Notes: generated by a model not told the origin, from the letters alone. Counted from the first letter of the stretch, positions 1-9,638 are shown. The stretch is 54,138 bases of DNA from Cocleimonas sp. (GCA_036479895.1 JAZGFW010000302.1:1-54138); one strand, 5' to 3'. Translations and numbers: made by a program.

Positions 1-127
1 CAATTGGGAAATGAAGAGGAAGCAATAGCAGCATCTAAAGAAATTTTAGAAACAGCTTGTAAAAAATGCGGATGCGGTCCTGGTTTACATCCTGATAATG
101 GTAAATGTGAATTTTGTACTGGTCATC
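1..127 (+). repeat. Terminal direct repeat copy 1 (assembly circularisation overlap)
   Basis: caattgggaaatgaagagg...ggtcatc is identical to 54012-54138. Confidence 0.97.
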
Positions 128-471
128 CCTCGAGTAATCCAGCGTGTCCTGGTTATGAAATAGAAGAAAAATCTTATACAATGACTTATTATGGAGATAG
201 ATCTGATCAATATGAAATGGCAACTTTTGATCTTAAATGGGCCAAAGATGATCCAAGACTAGAAAACTTTTGTAATATGCCCTATAATACCATTTTAAGT
301 TACAAGATAAATAAAGATGGAACTAAAAAATTCATTGAAGTAGAAATAGACGGAAAGAAATTTGTTTCCGTTGCTGAATTAAAACGCGTATTAATATTAA
401 TTGAGGATCCTACGGTAAGACGATTAAATATTAAAGAACCGATAGATATACTAAAGGGGTTATTAAAATGA
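1..471 (+). CDS. Cys/His-rich hypothetical protein spanning the circular junction (true start ATG at 53994)
   Basis: MNEEENQLGNEEEA... reads through the overlap; CKKCGC..H..C..C motif; TAATG coupling to the upstream RHH gene. Confidence 0.8.
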   Translation, partial: QLGNEEEAIAASKEILETACKKCGCGPGLHPDNGKCEFCTGHPSSNPACPGYEIEEKSYTMTYYGDRSDQYEMATFDLKWAKDDPRLENFCNMPYNTILSYKINKDGTKKFIEVEIDGKKFVSVAELKRVLILIEDPTVRRLNIKEPIDILKGLLK

Positions 472-902
472 GAAAGTTTCTAAATCGAATTGTAAAACCA
501 AATAAACGCCTAACAACGGCAGGAGATAATATTAGTACTATAACAATACCTGATAATGATTTTATAGGAATTCCAAAAAGATTCCGACTTATCCGAGGCA
601 AGAAAATGCCACCTAATTCTAAAATGGTTTCAAGACCTTCTAGATGGGGCAATCCAAAGAAAATTGGCGATGTAGTACAAGGCGTTGAATTAGACCGGGA
701 TGGCGTAATAGTTTTCTATGAAGAATGGTTGGACGGGAACCTATTTATTAATCCTAATTTCCTAGATCCACTTAGGGGTTTTAATTTAGGATGCCCCTGT
801 CCTTTAAATTTAAAATGTCATGTCGATATCATTTTTAAGAAAATGAGAAAATTATATCCCGGCGAATTTGAACCTAATATTAAATTGGAGGAAAACAAAT
901 GA
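468..902 (+). CDS. DUF4326-family protein
   Basis: VSRPSRWGNP and LRGFNLGCPC..CHVDII motifs typical of the family. Confidence 0.8.
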   Translation: MRKFLNRIVKPNKRLTTAGDNISTITIPDNDFIGIPKRFRLIRGKKMPPNSKMVSRPSRWGNPKKIGDVVQGVELDRDGVIVFYEEWLDGNLFINPNFLDPLRGFNLGCPCPLNLKCHVDIIFKKMRKLYPGEFEPNIKLEENK

Positions 903-1285
903 GTGAAGATAAAACCACTTCAGAAATAGTTAAAAATATATTTGGTATTATAGACAAAGAAACGGCCGAATATAAAATTTATCAATGGCTTGATAGTTAT
1001 AGTAATGCGGATTTTTATAGAATTGATGTTTATCGCGATGAAATGAAAAGGGATTGGTTTGATCCCGTGGGGCGATCTTTATTAGAAAGATTGGACGATA
1101 TCAAAGAATGGCTATTTGAACCTGATAAAATAAAATATACATTTGTGATAAAAACATTTGAAAAATGGGTTAAAGCGGATTTCATAGACGGAAAATATAC
1201 CAATTGGACCACTTTAATTGAAGATCCCAAGGATTATAAAGTATTGCTGGAAATGGCTAAAAGCATTTCTAATATGGTTGTATGA
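899..1285 (+). CDS. Hypothetical protein
   Basis: ATGA overlap with the upstream gene; GGAGG SD. Confidence 0.7.
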   Translation: MSEDKTTSEIVKNIFGIIDKETAEYKIYQWLDSYSNADFYRIDVYRDEMKRDWFDPVGRSLLERLDDIKEWLFEPDKIKYTFVIKTFEKWVKADFIDGKYTNWTTLIEDPKDYKVLLEMAKSISNMVV

Positions 1286-1289
1286 TATA

Positions 1290-1523
1290 ATGGGATATAC
1301 CGAAGAAAAGCTGTTATTAAAAAAGGAACGAGAATTTTCATTACTTGAATTAGTCAAAGAAACACCAGGTATTACGGCATATCATATTAGCAAAAAATTA
1401 GATGTTGCTTATGGTTCGATTGAAAGAATAATAAGAGATCTTTTGGAAAATAATTTTATTAAAATCATTGAGATAAGAAGAAGAGGCCACACAAGAAAAA
1501 CAATACATTTGAATACCAAATAA
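1290..1523 (+). CDS. Winged-helix DNA-binding protein
   Basis: PGITAYHISKKLDVAYGSIERIIRDLLENNFI HTH plus wing; start moved to the in-frame ATG at 1290. Confidence 0.75.
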   Translation: MGYTEEKLLLKKEREFSLLELVKETPGITAYHISKKLDVAYGSIERIIRDLLENNFIKIIEIRRRGHTRKTIHLNTK

Positions 1524-1593
1524 TATTATTTTATATAAAATATCTTATGATATTCAATACTTTAATATATTGCATATAAAATATAGACTTAAT

Positions 1594-1761
1594 ATGGCAT
1601 TAGAACGAACGGTGTTGTTAACATCAAAACAACATGAATTACTTATAAAAGTCCAAGCAGCTTATTTATTACAATATGGCGAAAAGTTGAAACTTAGAGA
1701 TTTAGTATACACGGCGTTAAGTGGTTTTGTGACCTTAAAGGAGCTGAAAATAAATGATTGA
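1594..1761 (+). CDS. RHH-like small regulator leading an operon
   Basis: MALERTVLLTSKQHELL beta-alpha-alpha pattern; AT-rich TATA-like region upstream. Confidence 0.5.
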   Translation: MALERTVLLTSKQHELLIKVQAAYLLQYGEKLKLRDLVYTALSGFVTLKELKIND

Positions 1762-2509
1762 ACATTTAAAGAAATTTTGGGTTAATAATATCCAGAAAGT
1801 AGATAGAGGATTTTCTTATATTCCAGGATTAGGAGAATATCGTGCTTCACAAATACCTTATTGCCCGAAAAAACAAATATTAAGGAAAAAACCTGAATGG
1901 ATGGATCCAATTGTTTTGGATTTAATTATACCAGATAAATTATTAGTTAATGACCCGGTGGCCTTGGGTTCTAATCAATCAGGAAATGCTATACACGAAA
2001 ATGTGCAAAATACCGTTAAAAAATCAATTGAAACCTTTGCAATAGAAAAAAAGGTAAAGTCAACATTTTTTGGTTCTGTAAATGGTCTGCTAGAACCTTT
2101 TACAATTGGGGGTCATATTGATCTTATTCTATTATTGGGCAATAAATTATGCATTGTGGATATTAAAACCTTTAAACGGGTTGAACGATATCCAGCGGAA
2201 AGATATATGCCTAACGAGAAATATCTAGATCAATTGGCTATATATATGGGATTGACTGGAATTAAGAAGGGATTTATTTTATACATTAATCGTGAAGATT
2301 TTGAACCTTTGTTTTACGATATTGATAGACCGGATATTAGATTCACAAATATGCTAAAAAAATGTAATGAAATGTTAATCCATGAAACAAACGCCACCCT
2401 ACCAGAAACCTTGCCCAAGGAATACAAAAAATATACAGGGCGAATGGAATTAAATTGGGAGTGTAATTATTGCGAATTCAAGGATTATTGTTTTCAAGAA
2501 GAGGATTGA
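1754..2509 (+). CDS. Cas4-like PD-(D/E)XK exonuclease with probable Fe-S cluster
   Basis: YCPKK, GNAIHE, GHID, IVDIKT, QLAIY and C-terminal CNYCEFKDYC. Confidence 0.88.
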   Translation: MIEHLKKFWVNNIQKVDRGFSYIPGLGEYRASQIPYCPKKQILRKKPEWMDPIVLDLIIPDKLLVNDPVALGSNQSGNAIHENVQNTVKKSIETFAIEKKVKSTFFGSVNGLLEPFTIGGHIDLILLLGNKLCIVDIKTFKRVERYPAERYMPNEKYLDQLAIYMGLTGIKKGFILYINREDFEPLFYDIDRPDIRFTNMLKKCNEMLIHETNATLPETLPKEYKKYTGRMELNWECNYCEFKDYCFQEED

Positions 2510-2512
2510 ATC

Positions 2513-2992
2513 ATGAGATCAAATGAATTTTGGGATAAGGTAAACAGTTTTGATAATGACGGATTACGTGTATGGCTCGTAGAATTATGGTTTTCTAATA
2601 TTGGATCGCATAAAGACGATTTAATTAAATATATATTTGATAGTATAGATAAAACAAAAGATTTAGAAAAACAAATTAATTTGCTAGAAGGATCCATCCC
2701 ATTATCTATTATTCAAAAAATTAGTGACTTAGAATCTAAATTAGAAGAAAAAGATTGTAATAATTGTAGTGGGGGTATACACGGTTTGTGTGCAGGAAAT
2801 TGTTATTGCGGTTGTCCAGAAAGTAATAGTAAACCAAAATTGGTAGACAAAACTATTTATGACGCGTGTTTAAAGACCATAGCTAAATACGAACAGGATA
2901 GAAAAGAGATACATGAATTAATTGATAATATAGAAGAATATAATTTAAGCGATTTATGGATCTTTAATAGGATCCAGGATTTGTGCAAATGA
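2513..2992 (+). CDS. Coiled-coil protein with Cys/His zinc motif
   Basis: CNNCSGGIHGLCAGNCYCGC; GAGG SD. Confidence 0.7.
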   Translation: MRSNEFWDKVNSFDNDGLRVWLVELWFSNIGSHKDDLIKYIFDSIDKTKDLEKQINLLEGSIPLSIIQKISDLESKLEEKDCNNCSGGIHGLCAGNCYCGCPESNSKPKLVDKTIYDACLKTIAKYEQDRKEIHELIDNIEEYNLSDLWIFNRIQDLCK

Positions 2993-3147
2993 GCGATCTA
3001 GAAAAATTTGAAATTTCAAAAAGAACCATGACCTGCAAAGATCAAGACATTGGCTTTGATCATAAGGTCCACAAAGAAAGTTATACTGTTTTAATGCAAA
3101 GCAAAAAAAAGGTAAAAATTACCGTATTTTGGCAGGTGGTTGAATAA

Positions 3148-3468
3148 ATGAGCGAAATATCAAAAGAACAAGCACTTGAACTTTTCAAATCAGAGTTTTG
3201 GAAAACCCTATCCGCAAAAGAAATAGCAGAATTTCAACTTTTCACAAGAAGATTATGTATGCCATTTGTAGTTTTTCACAAAGCAATCGAAAAAGCATTA
3301 GATCGACCTGTTTGGATGCATGAATTTGGATCGAACATAAAAGGAATAAAAAAAGAATTTCTTGGGGAAATAGATCCTCCATCTCTACAAAAAATAATTG
3401 AATTAATTCCTAAAGACAAAAGAATAATTATTATGAAAAATGAATTAGATGACCAGGTGATTAAATGA
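3148..3468 (+). CDS. Conserved phage hypothetical protein
   Basis: FQLF..RLCMPF..FHKAIEKALDRPVWMHEFG resembles a widespread uncharacterised phage family (from recall). Confidence 0.7.
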   Translation: MSEISKEQALELFKSEFWKTLSAKEIAEFQLFTRRLCMPFVVFHKAIEKALDRPVWMHEFGSNIKGIKKEFLGEIDPPSLQKIIELIPKDKRIIIMKNELDDQVIK

Positions 3469-3593
3469 ACAATCCAGGCCAAGTTAAATGTAGCAAATGT
3501 AAGCAACTAATCGATTACTCGGGAACGTGCAATCATTATGATCATACATTATGCGAGGGTTGCTGCGAAGATAAAGACTGGAGGAAATAGTTA

Positions 3594-3791
3594 ATGAGTA
3601 AGATGAAAGAGTTATTTGACGTTGTTAAGGATCATATTAATGCAGCCGATAGACAATTATTGAAGGAATGCTGGGATCATCGTGGATCCAAAGTTAAATC
3701 AGAATTAGATAAAGCCTTAGAAGGGCTAGATAAATTAAAAATATACTTTTATGAAGTTATGATATCAAAATTAGAGGAGTTAGGCGTATGA
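3594..3791 (+). CDS. Hypothetical protein
   Basis: GGAGG SD; coupled in the operon. Confidence 0.65.
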   Translation: MSKMKELFDVVKDHINAADRQLLKECWDHRGSKVKSELDKALEGLDKLKIYFYEVMISKLEELGV

Positions 3792-4045
3792 GTAAAATAG
3801 ACGGTCTTAGTGCGGATAGTGTAAAAAGTTTTAATTTCGGTGGTATAGAATATGAGAAACACGGGGATTTCTTTTATGATCCAGATATCCCCTTGAATAA
3901 ATTAAATACCACTGATTATGTATTTGGATTAAAAATTAGGTATTTTAAACCTTGGAATAAAAAATTAATCGATCGAATAAAACCCCCCAAATGGTTTATT
4001 TTCATTACTTTATTTATTATTATAATTGAAATGGTGATTCTATAA
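3788..4045 (+). CDS. Small protein with C-terminal transmembrane helix
   Basis: WFIFITLFIIIIEMVIL; ATGA overlap. Confidence 0.65.
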   Translation: MSKIDGLSADSVKSFNFGGIEYEKHGDFFYDPDIPLNKLNTTDYVFGLKIRYFKPWNKKLIDRIKPPKWFIFITLFIIIIEMVIL

Positions 4046-4263
4046 TGGTTAATAGTACGGAAGGCTATAAACAGCATAGACAAATAATACAACTAAAAGC
4101 AAAAACAATGACAAAAATATTTGAGGGGCTTTCCCCTAAGGGTTGGATGGCCGATGTTTTAGAAGTATGTAAACCAGAATTTACCAAGAATTCAGGTAAT
4201 AGGACAACAATCAAAAGTCTAGGCTTTGATTTATTAAGAGCGAGGTTTGATAATGAGCAATAG
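4045..4263 (+). CDS. Hypothetical protein
   Basis: TAATG coupling; GGTGA SD. Confidence 0.6.
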   Translation: MVNSTEGYKQHRQIIQLKAKTMTKIFEGLSPKGWMADVLEVCKPEFTKNSGNRTTIKSLGFDLLRARFDNEQ

Positions 4264-4477
4264 TACAATCTTAAGCAAATTTAGGAGTAAAGCTAAATCT
4301 AAAATGTACAAAATAATAAAAGAAAATCCTGGAATATCCGCGATGCCTAGTGCTATTGGAAAAAAAGCAGGGCTTAATTTAAATAAAAGTACTTATTGGG
4401 GTCATATCCAATATTTGAAAGCAAAGGATTTTATTATAGAAATAAACGGTCGTTATTTTGTTAATGGAGATGTCTAA
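4253..4477 (+). CDS. Winged-helix DNA-binding protein
   Basis: IIKENPGIS...STYWGHIQYLKAKDFIIEINGRYFV. Confidence 0.7.
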   Translation: MSNSTILSKFRSKAKSKMYKIIKENPGISAMPSAIGKKAGLNLNKSTYWGHIQYLKAKDFIIEINGRYFVNGDV

Positions 4478-4693
4478 ATGAATTCAGAGATAATTTCAAC
4501 TAAACACAAATGTTTGAATATAGGCTTTAAAAACCGGTTTGGAGATAAAAAGGAATATTCTTGTTTGGATTTACCCCCTTCATTAATACATAAGGCTATT
4601 AGAGAATGGTTATGTTTTAATTGTGCAGAAAAACAAGTTAGATTTCATAAATTAAAACAGCACTCTTCACGTTATGGAGATGATTTCTTATAA
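4478..4693 (+). CDS. Cys-containing hypothetical protein
   Basis: GGAG SD; WLCFNC. Confidence 0.6.
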   Translation: MNSEIISTKHKCLNIGFKNRFGDKKEYSCLDLPPSLIHKAIREWLCFNCAEKQVRFHKLKQHSSRYGDDFL

Positions 4694-5061
4694 CAAATGA
4701 TATAATAGAACATTTCTGTGATGATTGTGGCCGGTCTCTATCCGGAGATGAATATCCTTATCATTCTTCTGATCATTCAATTAAAACATTAACTAAATAT
4801 AATTCTAAATGGTGTGCTAATTGTAATGAGGCAAAACATGATCAATGTTCTAAAATTATTAAAAATGCGATAGAAACAATAAAATGTATTTGCCCTCACG
4901 AAATTGAATTTGATAGAGATGAATTGTGGTATATTAGGATGCAATTAAAGAAAGCAGCCAAAGGCACGCTAAATGGGTATGAAATAGGTATTTATCAAAA
5001 AATAGCCATAATGAGAGGCGAAAAAACTCAAGAAGAGGTAGCATTAGAAAATGAATACTAA
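4690..5061 (+). CDS. Zinc-finger protein with probable ATA start (missed by ORF track)
   Basis: 123-codon open frame filling the gap; HFCDDCG and WCANC..H..C..CIC; in-frame TGA at 4681; GGAG SD before ATA. Confidence 0.7.
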   Translation: MTNDIIEHFCDDCGRSLSGDEYPYHSSDHSIKTLTKYNSKWCANCNEAKHDQCSKIIKNAIETIKCICPHEIEFDRDELWYIRMQLKKAAKGTLNGYEIGIYQKIAIMRGEKTQEEVALENEY

Positions 5062-5266
5062 ATCAGTTGTAGTTGGGGGTATAAGAAAAGATAAAATGCC
5101 TGAAGATTCCGGATTTCATATTTATTCTTTAGATGAATTTCAAAAAGCCGATCTGCTTAATTTAGTAGTAACAATAGCTTATCAAAATGGATTAGCAATG
5201 GAAGACGCTAAAATTATAATTAAATCTTACATAGATGATATTATTACAAAGGAGGAAACCGAGTAA
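5051..5266 (+). CDS. Hypothetical protein
   Basis: GAGGT SD; operon context. Confidence 0.6.
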   Translation: MNTKSVVVGGIRKDKMPEDSGFHIYSLDEFQKADLLNLVVTIAYQNGLAMEDAKIIIKSYIDDIITKEETE

Positions 5267-5377
5267 ATGAGTGAAAATATCGAAGATCAACAATTTTATT
5301 GTTTGTCTTGTCAATTTAGCGAACATTGTTTCGGATTATCAGAATGGTGTGAATGCGAATGCACACGGAGGAGTTAA
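5267..5377 (+). CDS. 36-aa Cys-rich microprotein
   Basis: MSENIEDQQFYCLSCQFSEHCFGLSEWCECECTRRS; GGAGG SD. Confidence 0.6.
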   Translation: MSENIEDQQFYCLSCQFSEHCFGLSEWCECECTRRS

Positions 5378-5380
5378 TAA

Positions 5381-5542
5381 TTGACTGGTTCAGTTATATC
5401 CAAGAAACCACGTGAACATTGTATTTGTGGGAAATTTACCCCAAAAGAAGATGGTGTATTTCTTGAATATTGCAGTGAAGAATGCTGGTCGGCGTCATTT
5501 GAAGAACCACCTGTTAATGAAATTGGTGAATCAATTGAATAG
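5381..5542 (+). CDS. Zinc-finger microprotein (TRASH-like CxCG...YCSEEC)
   Basis: TTG start after GGAGGAG; HCICGK and EYCSEECW. Confidence 0.6.
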   Translation: MTGSVISKKPREHCICGKFTPKEDGVFLEYCSEECWSASFEEPPVNEIGESIE

Positions 5543-5741
5543 TGAAAGTCATTTAACCAAGGATAATCAACGCAAAGATTGTAAATTACACGGATTTGCA
5601 CAATATGACGATGGCAGTTTTCATCTAGAGGTTGAATTACCATATGAAATTATAGTCGAAAAAACACAAACTAAATTTCTTAGATTATTTTTTGATAAAA
5701 GCAGCAAAGAATTTATTCAAATGATGGGGATTGAACTTTGA
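5535..5741 (+). CDS. Hypothetical protein
   Basis: TTG start after GGTGA; 3' part of the ORF-track call 5412..5741. Confidence 0.55.
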   Translation: MNSESHLTKDNQRKDCKLHGFAQYDDGSFHLEVELPYEIIVEKTQTKFLRLFFDKSSKEFIQMMGIEL

Positions 5742-6076
5742 GTAAAGAAATTAATATTGGTAATGTTGAAACAGTCAATACTTGGTGTGATGTTTGTAAT
5801 AAACGAACAAAATCATTTTTCTTTGGAGCTAGATTTGTATGCACTGAATGTGAAACAGAATCAAATTATGAGGAATCCGAAATGAGTACAGAAACGAGTG
5901 ATCCAGCAATTATTATTATTCCAAATAAGGAAACAAAGGAATTATCTCAAACATGCTGTAGGCTAATTGCTGGATTAATAAAAAATGTAAAAGATACTAC
6001 ATTCACCTTAGAGGAAACAGATACTCATTTTATCCATAAGATAGAATTGAGATTGAAAAAAAGAGGCGATGGATAA
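5738..6076 (+). CDS. Zinc-ribbon protein
   Basis: WCDVC...FVCTEC. Confidence 0.6.
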   Translation: MSKEINIGNVETVNTWCDVCNKRTKSFFFGARFVCTECETESNYEESEMSTETSDPAIIIIPNKETKELSQTCCRLIAGLIKNVKDTTFTLEETDTHFIHKIELRLKKRGDG

Positions 6077-6232
6077 TGTGTATAATCTGGATTATAAGCA
6101 AATTGAGACATTGGTGGCATATTCATATACGAAAAATGTGGTGGGGGAAATGTCGCTATTGTAATCCCACACCTTCTTGTAAATGTAAAGATTGTTTAGA
6201 AGAAACTTTCAAACCTTATGAGGTAGGATTTC

Positions 6233-6442
6233 GTGAATGAGCGTATAACCAAGAAAAAATCAGTAATTCATTATGATTTGGATTTAGAATACGGGTATGT
6301 TTCCATTGCTTGTTATTATACATATTGGAAAAATCAAGGAGATATTAATATGCCTAATTGGAAAAATACAACAGATGAAGATAAAGTTACTTGTAAAAGG
6401 TGTTTAGGCATGTTAAAAACAGATTTAAGGAGTATTGAATGA
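6233..6442 (+). CDS. H-C-CxxC zinc-finger microprotein
   Basis: IHY...IAC...VTCKRCL. Confidence 0.65.
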   Translation: MNERITKKKSVIHYDLDLEYGYVSIACYYTYWKNQGDINMPNWKNTTDEDKVTCKRCLGMLKTDLRSIE

Positions 6443-6744
6443 AAACACTAAAAGAAATAATTAATAAAACATTAAGAGAGATAGGTAGCCAACAGGCTAG
6501 GTTAGAGGACGATTTTGTTTTCAAATTTATGTATAACCACATTTTAAGTTGTGATAACTGGGATTTTAATAATTACCAATTAATAGTTAAAATTAATCAT
6601 GGTTGCTTTTATTCAGATATAATTGCCGTTTGTCTAGAATGTGGATGTACATCAAATATTAAATTTCCAGAAATATTAAATTCATATAATCTAATTAACA
6701 CAAATAAGAGGAATAACTTAAATAGTATTAATACCCATATATAA
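6439..6744 (+). CDS. Hypothetical protein
   Basis: ATGA overlap; CLECG. Confidence 0.6.
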   Translation: MKTLKEIINKTLREIGSQQARLEDDFVFKFMYNHILSCDNWDFNNYQLIVKINHGCFYSDIIAVCLECGCTSNIKFPEILNSYNLINTNKRNNLNSINTHI

Positions 6745-6749
6745 TTATG
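6702..6749 (+). promoter_or_regulatory. Conserved leaderless promoter, copy 1
   Basis: aaataagaggaataaCTTAAATAGta...atatataattATG; TATA 30 nt before ATG; matches the element at 38116-38163. Confidence 0.7.
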
Positions 6750-7049
6750 GAAATACAAACCTTTAACTTTTCAAAAGAATTGATCAAACCTATCAAAGGC
6801 GTTAACGCAGTTACACACGCCACTTTGAACTATTCGGACGCAGTTTGTGGGTATGAATCATCTTTCATAACAATAGCCTCTATTTCCGGTAGGGGTTTGG
6901 TAAATTGTGAAGATTGCTTTAATAATAAAAAAATAATTTTTATCTGTGAATGTGGATCTGTTGAAATAGACCAAAGAAGAAGATATCCATGTGCTGTATG
7001 CGGTACCGGAAAAATGAAAATCACAAGACGAGTGATAAAAATTGAGTAA
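6747..7049 (+). CDS. Double zinc-finger early protein
   Basis: THA..AVCG..NCEDC and CECG..CAVCG; own promoter. Confidence 0.7.
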   Translation: MEIQTFNFSKELIKPIKGVNAVTHATLNYSDAVCGYESSFITIASISGRGLVNCEDCFNNKKIIFICECGSVEIDQRRRYPCAVCGTGKMKITRRVIKIE

Positions 7050-7200
7050 GGAAATAGAGCTTGATAACCTACAAGTATCTGTAGAAGGCGATCGACTTAG
7101 TTTTTTTATATACGGTGAGGACGGCTCAGCAATTCAACTTATATCACCCGGCGAAGCCAGAAAATTGTATGAATTTATAGGTGAATATTTACTAGAATAA
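7042..7200 (+). CDS. Hypothetical microprotein (TTG start)
   Basis: 52-aa open frame filling the gap; GAGTGA SD. Confidence 0.55.
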   Translation: MSKEIELDNLQVSVEGDRLSFFIYGEDGSAIQLISPGEARKLYEFIGEYLLE

Positions 7201-7213
7201 GGAATTGAATTAA

Positions 7214-7366
7214 ATGAAAATACACGAAATTAAAACTCACTTGGGAAACCAAAAATACACATCCGTCTGTGGGTTAAAAAATTTACAAAGAGATCAAGTA
7301 ACTATTATGGGAATAGGCTTAGCTTGTTTAAATTGTAAACGAATATTAAATAGTCGGAGTAATTAA
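7214..7366 (+). CDS. H-C-CxxC zinc-finger microprotein
   Basis: MKIHEIKTH...SVCG...LACLNCKRIL. Confidence 0.6.
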   Translation: MKIHEIKTHLGNQKYTSVCGLKNLQRDQVTIMGIGLACLNCKRILNSRSN

Positions 7367-7367
7367 A

Positions 7368-7601
7368 ATGACCAGAAAAGAAGAGATTATAAAAATATTA
7401 GATGATTGTGATTTTTGCTCATCTTCAGGCTGTTGTATGGCCTGCGATGATACATGCGATAATCATAAAGATATTCGAAAAGAATTGGAAGAAATATTCC
7501 GTATTGAGAGAAAGGACAAAATATTATGTGAAGAATGTGGTGCTTTATCTGATACAGAAGAATGTGATTATTGCCAAAACGAAGAGGAAAACGGAATATG
7601 A
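7368..7601 (+). CDS. Cys-rich microprotein
   Basis: CDFC..CCMAC..C and CEECG..CDYC. Confidence 0.65.
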   Translation: MTRKEEIIKILDDCDFCSSSGCCMACDDTCDNHKDIRKELEEIFRIERKDKILCEECGALSDTEECDYCQNEEENGI

Positions 7602-7903
7602 AACTACCCAAAATAAAACTAGAAAAAGAATTAAAAAATCATAATGATTTAATTGTAAATATTGAAATAATCAATATTAAGAAAGCATATTCAAATTATA
7701 AAATCAATAAAATGTTACATTACAAAAAGGAAATGAAATACCAAATGGAACCAAAGAAAACAAAGGAAAGAGAGGAATTAGAAAAAATGTACGAGCAAGG
7801 AGATTGTATGCTTGATTGTGCAATGTGTTTGGAAGCACCAAGACCAAGTATAGCAGAACCATATTGTAAAGATTGCAGAAAGCGAATTGGTGAACCAATA
7901 TGA
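7598..7903 (+). CDS. Zinc-finger hypothetical protein
   Basis: ATGA overlap; CAMC...YCKDC. Confidence 0.55.
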   Translation: MKLPKIKLEKELKNHNDLIVNIEIINIKKAYSNYKINKMLHYKKEMKYQMEPKKTKEREELEKMYEQGDCMLDCAMCLEAPRPSIAEPYCKDCRKRIGEPI

Positions 7904-8142
7904 GACGTACTGAATTTATTCCAGGAAAACCTATTTTGTTTTTCCATCTTGAAAAAATGAAAGCTGATATTAAAATGAAATGGAAATCATTAGAAGGATA
8001 TTTAGCCTATCGAACTATTGATGCTTGGATCTGTGATAAGAATAATTGCATCCAAGATTTATTTCCAACAGAGTTAAGAATTTCTAAAAATGATCTTGAA
8101 ACCATTATTAGTAAATTAAGCGGAAGTGTAGATTCAGAATAA
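7900..8142 (+). CDS. Hypothetical protein
   Basis: ATGA overlap; GGTGA SD. Confidence 0.6.
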   Translation: MRRTEFIPGKPILFFHLEKMKADIKMKWKSLEGYLAYRTIDAWICDKNNCIQDLFPTELRISKNDLETIISKLSGSVDSE

Positions 8143-8333
8143 TGAAAAAAGAACAATTAATATTTGAGCTGCAACAGGAATTGAGAGCCAATAAACTAGA
8201 AAAGATTTTGATAGAAAAACCTACTAGTTTAAAATTTCTGGATACACTCAATTTTTGGTTAGCCCCCTTTCCAAGATCTTATGGTACATGGATACAAAAT
8301 TTATACAAATTAGAACTTAAGGTGGCAAATTAA
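8142..8333 (+). CDS. Hypothetical protein
   Basis: TAATG coupling on both sides. Confidence 0.6.
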   Translation: MKKEQLIFELQQELRANKLEKILIEKPTSLKFLDTLNFWLAPFPRSYGTWIQNLYKLELKVAN

Positions 8334-9088
8334 TGACTGAAGATTTTATTATAGAAAATGACGTCCTATATATTGATACAAGAGAAACTAGCGTATTATT
8401 TAAAATAATTCCTTTTATGAATGCTAAAGGCATATCTATAAAAACAATTCCTATTACCGAAAGTTTGGATATGAGTGGTGATTATTATTATAAATGTGAT
8501 AAAGGAGAATTACTTATTGAAAGAAAGCAAATGGCAGATCTAGACGGTTCTATTGATGACGAGAGCGTTTTTTATCAATCTCAAAAAATGGCTTTATGGC
8601 TTCAAGCTGGAAATAAAAGATATGCTTTTATTAAAACAATAGGTAATAATGATACAATGAATCATCATGCGAATATAAATTTTGCACAAAGGATCGGAGC
8701 AACGGAATCAGTAACGTCACGCACCGGTATTCCTTTACAAAATTATTCACATGAAAGGGGATTTATTTGGAGTATATACAAAAACATACGATCGCTAAGA
8801 GAAGGTAAAATGGGTCAATTCAGAACACTTGATTTATTTAAGTATGTATTTCCGGATATCGATTTAAAATTAGAAGACCAAAAAACAATTCATATTAACG
8901 TCCTTCGTTGTTATGGTGCATCGAAAAAACAAGCAATTGAAATTGTTAATGAATTTGATATTGAAAGTTATGAAAGTCTAGGTTTACTATCAAAAATTAA
9001 GGATCTTAAGGGTATTAAAGGGGTAGGTTCGAAGACTTCTGAAAAAATATTTAAAAGAATGAGAATATCAGGAAGTAATAATAAATGA
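8333..9088 (+). CDS. ERCC4/XPF-family nuclease with C-terminal HhH (probable resolvase)
   Basis: IDTRE, GDY, IERKQMADLDGSI.D catalytic motifs; GIKGVGSKTSEKI HhH. Confidence 0.88.
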   Translation: MTEDFIIENDVLYIDTRETSVLFKIIPFMNAKGISIKTIPITESLDMSGDYYYKCDKGELLIERKQMADLDGSIDDESVFYQSQKMALWLQAGNKRYAFIKTIGNNDTMNHHANINFAQRIGATESVTSRTGIPLQNYSHERGFIWSIYKNIRSLREGKMGQFRTLDLFKYVFPDIDLKLEDQKTIHINVLRCYGASKKQAIEIVNEFDIESYESLGLLSKIKDLKGIKGVGSKTSEKIFKRMRISGSNNK

Positions 9089-9483
9089 AGTGTATTTGTG
9101 GTACTAATAATCCTTTTAATTCTAAATTCTGTATAGAATGTGGTGTTTATCTAGAAAAGAATAACGCATCCAATGTATTACCAATAAAACCAATTTCTAG
9201 TCTTTGTGGAATATGTGGGTCTATTAAGTGTATATCTAAGCACATACCGTCGATATCTCAACAATACAATGAAGCATTAGAAAACATACAGAAATTTAGG
9301 CATAAACGATATTTAAGAAATATTTGGAAAGATAAACCATATCCTATGTTGCTTGCATCTGAACAGACTAGGCGATTAATGTCAAAAACTTTTGGTGTGG
9401 AAGCTGTTATGTCTAGGAAAATTCGATCGATTGATCGATATAAGGAAAAACAATCGTATATAAAGGGTGGTTATGAATTATAA
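9085..9483 (+). CDS. Zinc-ribbon protein
   Basis: MKCICGTNNPFNSKFCIECG. Confidence 0.7.
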   Translation: MKCICGTNNPFNSKFCIECGVYLEKNNASNVLPIKPISSLCGICGSIKCISKHIPSISQQYNEALENIQKFRHKRYLRNIWKDKPYPMLLASEQTRRLMSKTFGVEAVMSRKIRSIDRYKEKQSYIKGGYEL

Positions 9484-9638
9484 TAAAACATAAACCAAGT
9501 TGTATAATACCACCTGATTATAGAATTATTCCTAATCCTTATCATAATCTAAAGGATTTTATTATTGAGATAGAAGATGGATATCATTTTATAGATGACG
9601 TTAAATATTGTCCTTTTTGTGGTATTAAATTAGAATGA
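9480..9638 (+). CDS. Zinc-ribbon microprotein with probable ATA start
   Basis: Ends in VKYCPFCGIKLE; in-frame stop at 9474; ATAA overlap upstream and ATGA overlap downstream. Confidence 0.65.
   Translation: MIKHKPSCIIPPDYRIIPNPYHNLKDFIIEIEDGYHFIDDVKYCPFCGIKLE

Noticed and set aside
1754-2509. Cas4 as part of a CRISPR-Cas system
   Set aside because: No cas1/cas2 and no repeat-spacer array seen; solo Cas4-like exonucleases are common in archaeal viruses.
5412-5534. N-terminal part of ORF 5412..5741
   Set aside because: It overlaps a better-supported zinc-finger ORF (5381-5542); the real start is likely TTG at 5535.
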